In this document: one piece after another, positions 7,700 to 9,395 of the stretch | Layout of the letters: every line of letters starts with the position of its first letter | Position numbering within the stretch: the stretch's first letter is position 1 | Program-made: the position numbers and the translations under genes | The notes under the pieces: model-generated | What the model was told of the DNA's origin: nothing | Seen by the model: only the letters and a program-made list of their open reading frames with translations | Database searches by the model: none | From: Paraphysomonas bandaiensis | Taxonomy: Eukaryota > Protista > Chrysophyceae | DNA: 9,395 bases | Direction of reading: 5' to 3' | NCBI GenBank assembly: GCA_965644295.1 | Contig: CBFFRP010000391.1 | Location: forward strand, 1-9,395

Positions 7700-8467
7700 G
7701 CATAGTGGTATAAGGATGTAGAGATAATAATGACAATGTTAATGTACAGTATAGTATGTAGTACATGTATAATATATATACATATCTGTGTGTATGGCAG
7801 AGCTTGCGGTATCATATATCATATAAGATCCCTAATGACGCACAATCATACTACTGCACATTATACTATGTAGGTTGATATGTACCTGTATGTATCTAGC
7901 AGTACCATATAAAATCCTAATTGCACTGTTCGACTATTCGATTACAAATTGATATAACTAAAAGTTCATTGTTCCAAACTCGGTCAACACATCAACCCTT
8001 ACCACCGCGGACCGTGGATATCATGATATCCGAAACTGATACGACAGCAGTACTGTATTTTCCTCATAGTCATGTTATTCAGTAGATCTTGATTCATAGA
8101 GAGTTGATACTCATCATAATTGTATCTATTCAAGCATAAGAATATACGAAATACGAATACACAAATAGAGAGCTCATAGCATAGAGTAACTCGATAGCTG
8201 GTTATTAGTAAAACATATAATATCCTGTTTTCTTAGGAGCCAATTCTTTTGAATTGTATATCGAGTTATAGTAGTCATTATTTTTACTCTTATATTTACT
8301 GCGGTAGTGCTACAGGAATTGGAAGGATAATGAAAGAAGTAGTTTTTGATTGTCGAAGTGCTCCGGGTTTTATAGCATGACAGAGTAACTACTATACGGT
8401 GATGTGATAAACACGATGTCATCACGTAAACTGTGATTTATACATTATTCATGTGAACAATCCTGTT

Positions 8468-8614
8468 CAAGCACTTAATGAGGAAAGGCCGAACCTCGTA
8501 CAGTTGGGAGTTTATACGTTTAAACAGTATTTTAAAAAGTACAAGCACTTAATGAGGAAAGGCCGAACCTCGTACAGTTGGGAGTTTATACGTTGAAACA
8601 GTATTTTAAAAGTA
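8468..8614. repeat. Tandem duplication, 2 x about 74 bp
   Basis: 8468-8541 and 8542-8614 are identical except for one T/G substitution and a 1-nt A-run indel. A 10-mer echo ATGAGGAAAG lies at 8665-8674. Confidence 0.96.
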
Positions 8615-8799
8615 CGACTTCAATTGCATAGATAATGCATGGATACACAACAGCGGACACAAATATGAGGAAAGTAAGAGACCTAGACTCCGTGTTTACG
8701 ATACTGTGACTATATAGTACGCCTCGGTTACTCTTAGCTTTGAGTATTAACTGAAGTGGCTTGGATGAGGTGTCATCAAATTTGATACTGGACGTTATA

Positions 8800-9261
8800 T
8801 GCCGAAACCCAGATTCAAGAACAAGCTGTGAAGGATATCCCCTTCATGTCAGATAAGGAATCTCTTGCAAATCACTATGTACGCTGGAATCTCTTGCAAA
8901 TCTAATCAGGGTACGAGGACTTCCTCGTTGATATTAATTCTCTGCGAAGTGCTTTTTGATAGAGAAACGGATCCAGTGAGCATATGTGAGTATGATATTA
9001 GATTTAATTTAAACTTTCCATGCAGGCTTTGGGTGGTTGAGCTACCCACGAAAGAAGTTCAAGATGTTGTGACTTCTAGATATTATCATTCCAAGTTTCG
9101 ATAAGGCGCCATGGAAAAAGAACTCTTCCCAAGTTTTTCTATCAGGTGACAATATCTTACTGCTGTTCTTACTCCAAACAAACGCTATCTTGAATGTAAA
9201 AGATATAGGAAGCTTTTATCTGGAAAATCGTCCAGTATCTCACCAGGATATGTCACAATAA
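8800..9261 (+). pseudogene. Possible heavily decayed transposase-like relic (DUF7869-like)
   Basis: One frame gives IPFMSDKESLANHY...DINSLRSAF**...ALGG*ATHERSSRCCDF*...RRHGKRTLPKFFYQV. A 1-nt shift then gives DNILLLFLL...FYLENRPVSHQDMSQ*. This loosely resembles LP..LY.Q.DN...LPVGHTHEDIDQ. Many stops; recognition from memory only. Confidence 0.28.
8857..8902. repeat. 17-bp direct repeat (period 29)
   Basis: GGAATCTCTTGCAAATC at 8857-8873 and 8886-8902. Confidence 0.9.
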
Positions 9262-9395
9262 TCACAATTAGACTCAGTATTATCCCACAAGAGGGTTTCC
9301 AAGTCTTCGCTATTACTATTTGTCATGGTTAGTGATGCTATAATCATATATAGATGGTTATAGTGGCTCTCTGTGTGATTGGAATGAAAATCGGT

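Noticed and set aside
8238-8380. YIYCGSATGIGR resembling a GIY-YIG nuclease motif
   Set aside because: No upstream GIY motif, a short frame ending in a stop, and similarity too weak to support.
8474-8500. Hammerhead-ribozyme-like string CTTAATGAGGAAAGGCCGAAC in the 74-bp duplication
   Set aside because: The core deviates from CUGANGA and GAAA, stem II cannot form properly, and no stem I/III with a UH cleavage site is evident.

Overview
Eukaryotic, intron-containing, AT-rich genomic DNA. The short 49-114 nt GT-AG introns suggest a protist, possibly a stramenopile, but the taxon is a guess. The one intact gene is on the minus strand: an EFR3-like armadillo-repeat protein (membrane anchor of the PI4KA/Stt4 complex). 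It can be built from 5 exons (4413-3466, 3351-2359, 2266-1820, 1764-1393, 1343-1224; about 959 aa), and the ORF track splits it into pieces and misses the last exon. The rest of the window is mostly repeats and decayed mobile DNA: a 3x46-bp tandem repeat, an 80-bp hAT-type MITE with a degenerate 8-bp TSD, a (TATG)n microsatellite, a degenerate 12-bp-unit minisatellite, a possible PIF/Harbinger transposase fragment, a clear Ty1/copia integrase pseudogene, a probable lone hAT-like transposon end, a 74-bp tandem duplication, orphan exon-like segments and a possible DUF7869-like relic. I found no convincing new multi-gene system. The most interesting leads are the divergent EFR3 and its uniform phase-0 introns, the miniature hAT element, repeats that carry splice signals, and the DUF7869-like relic.
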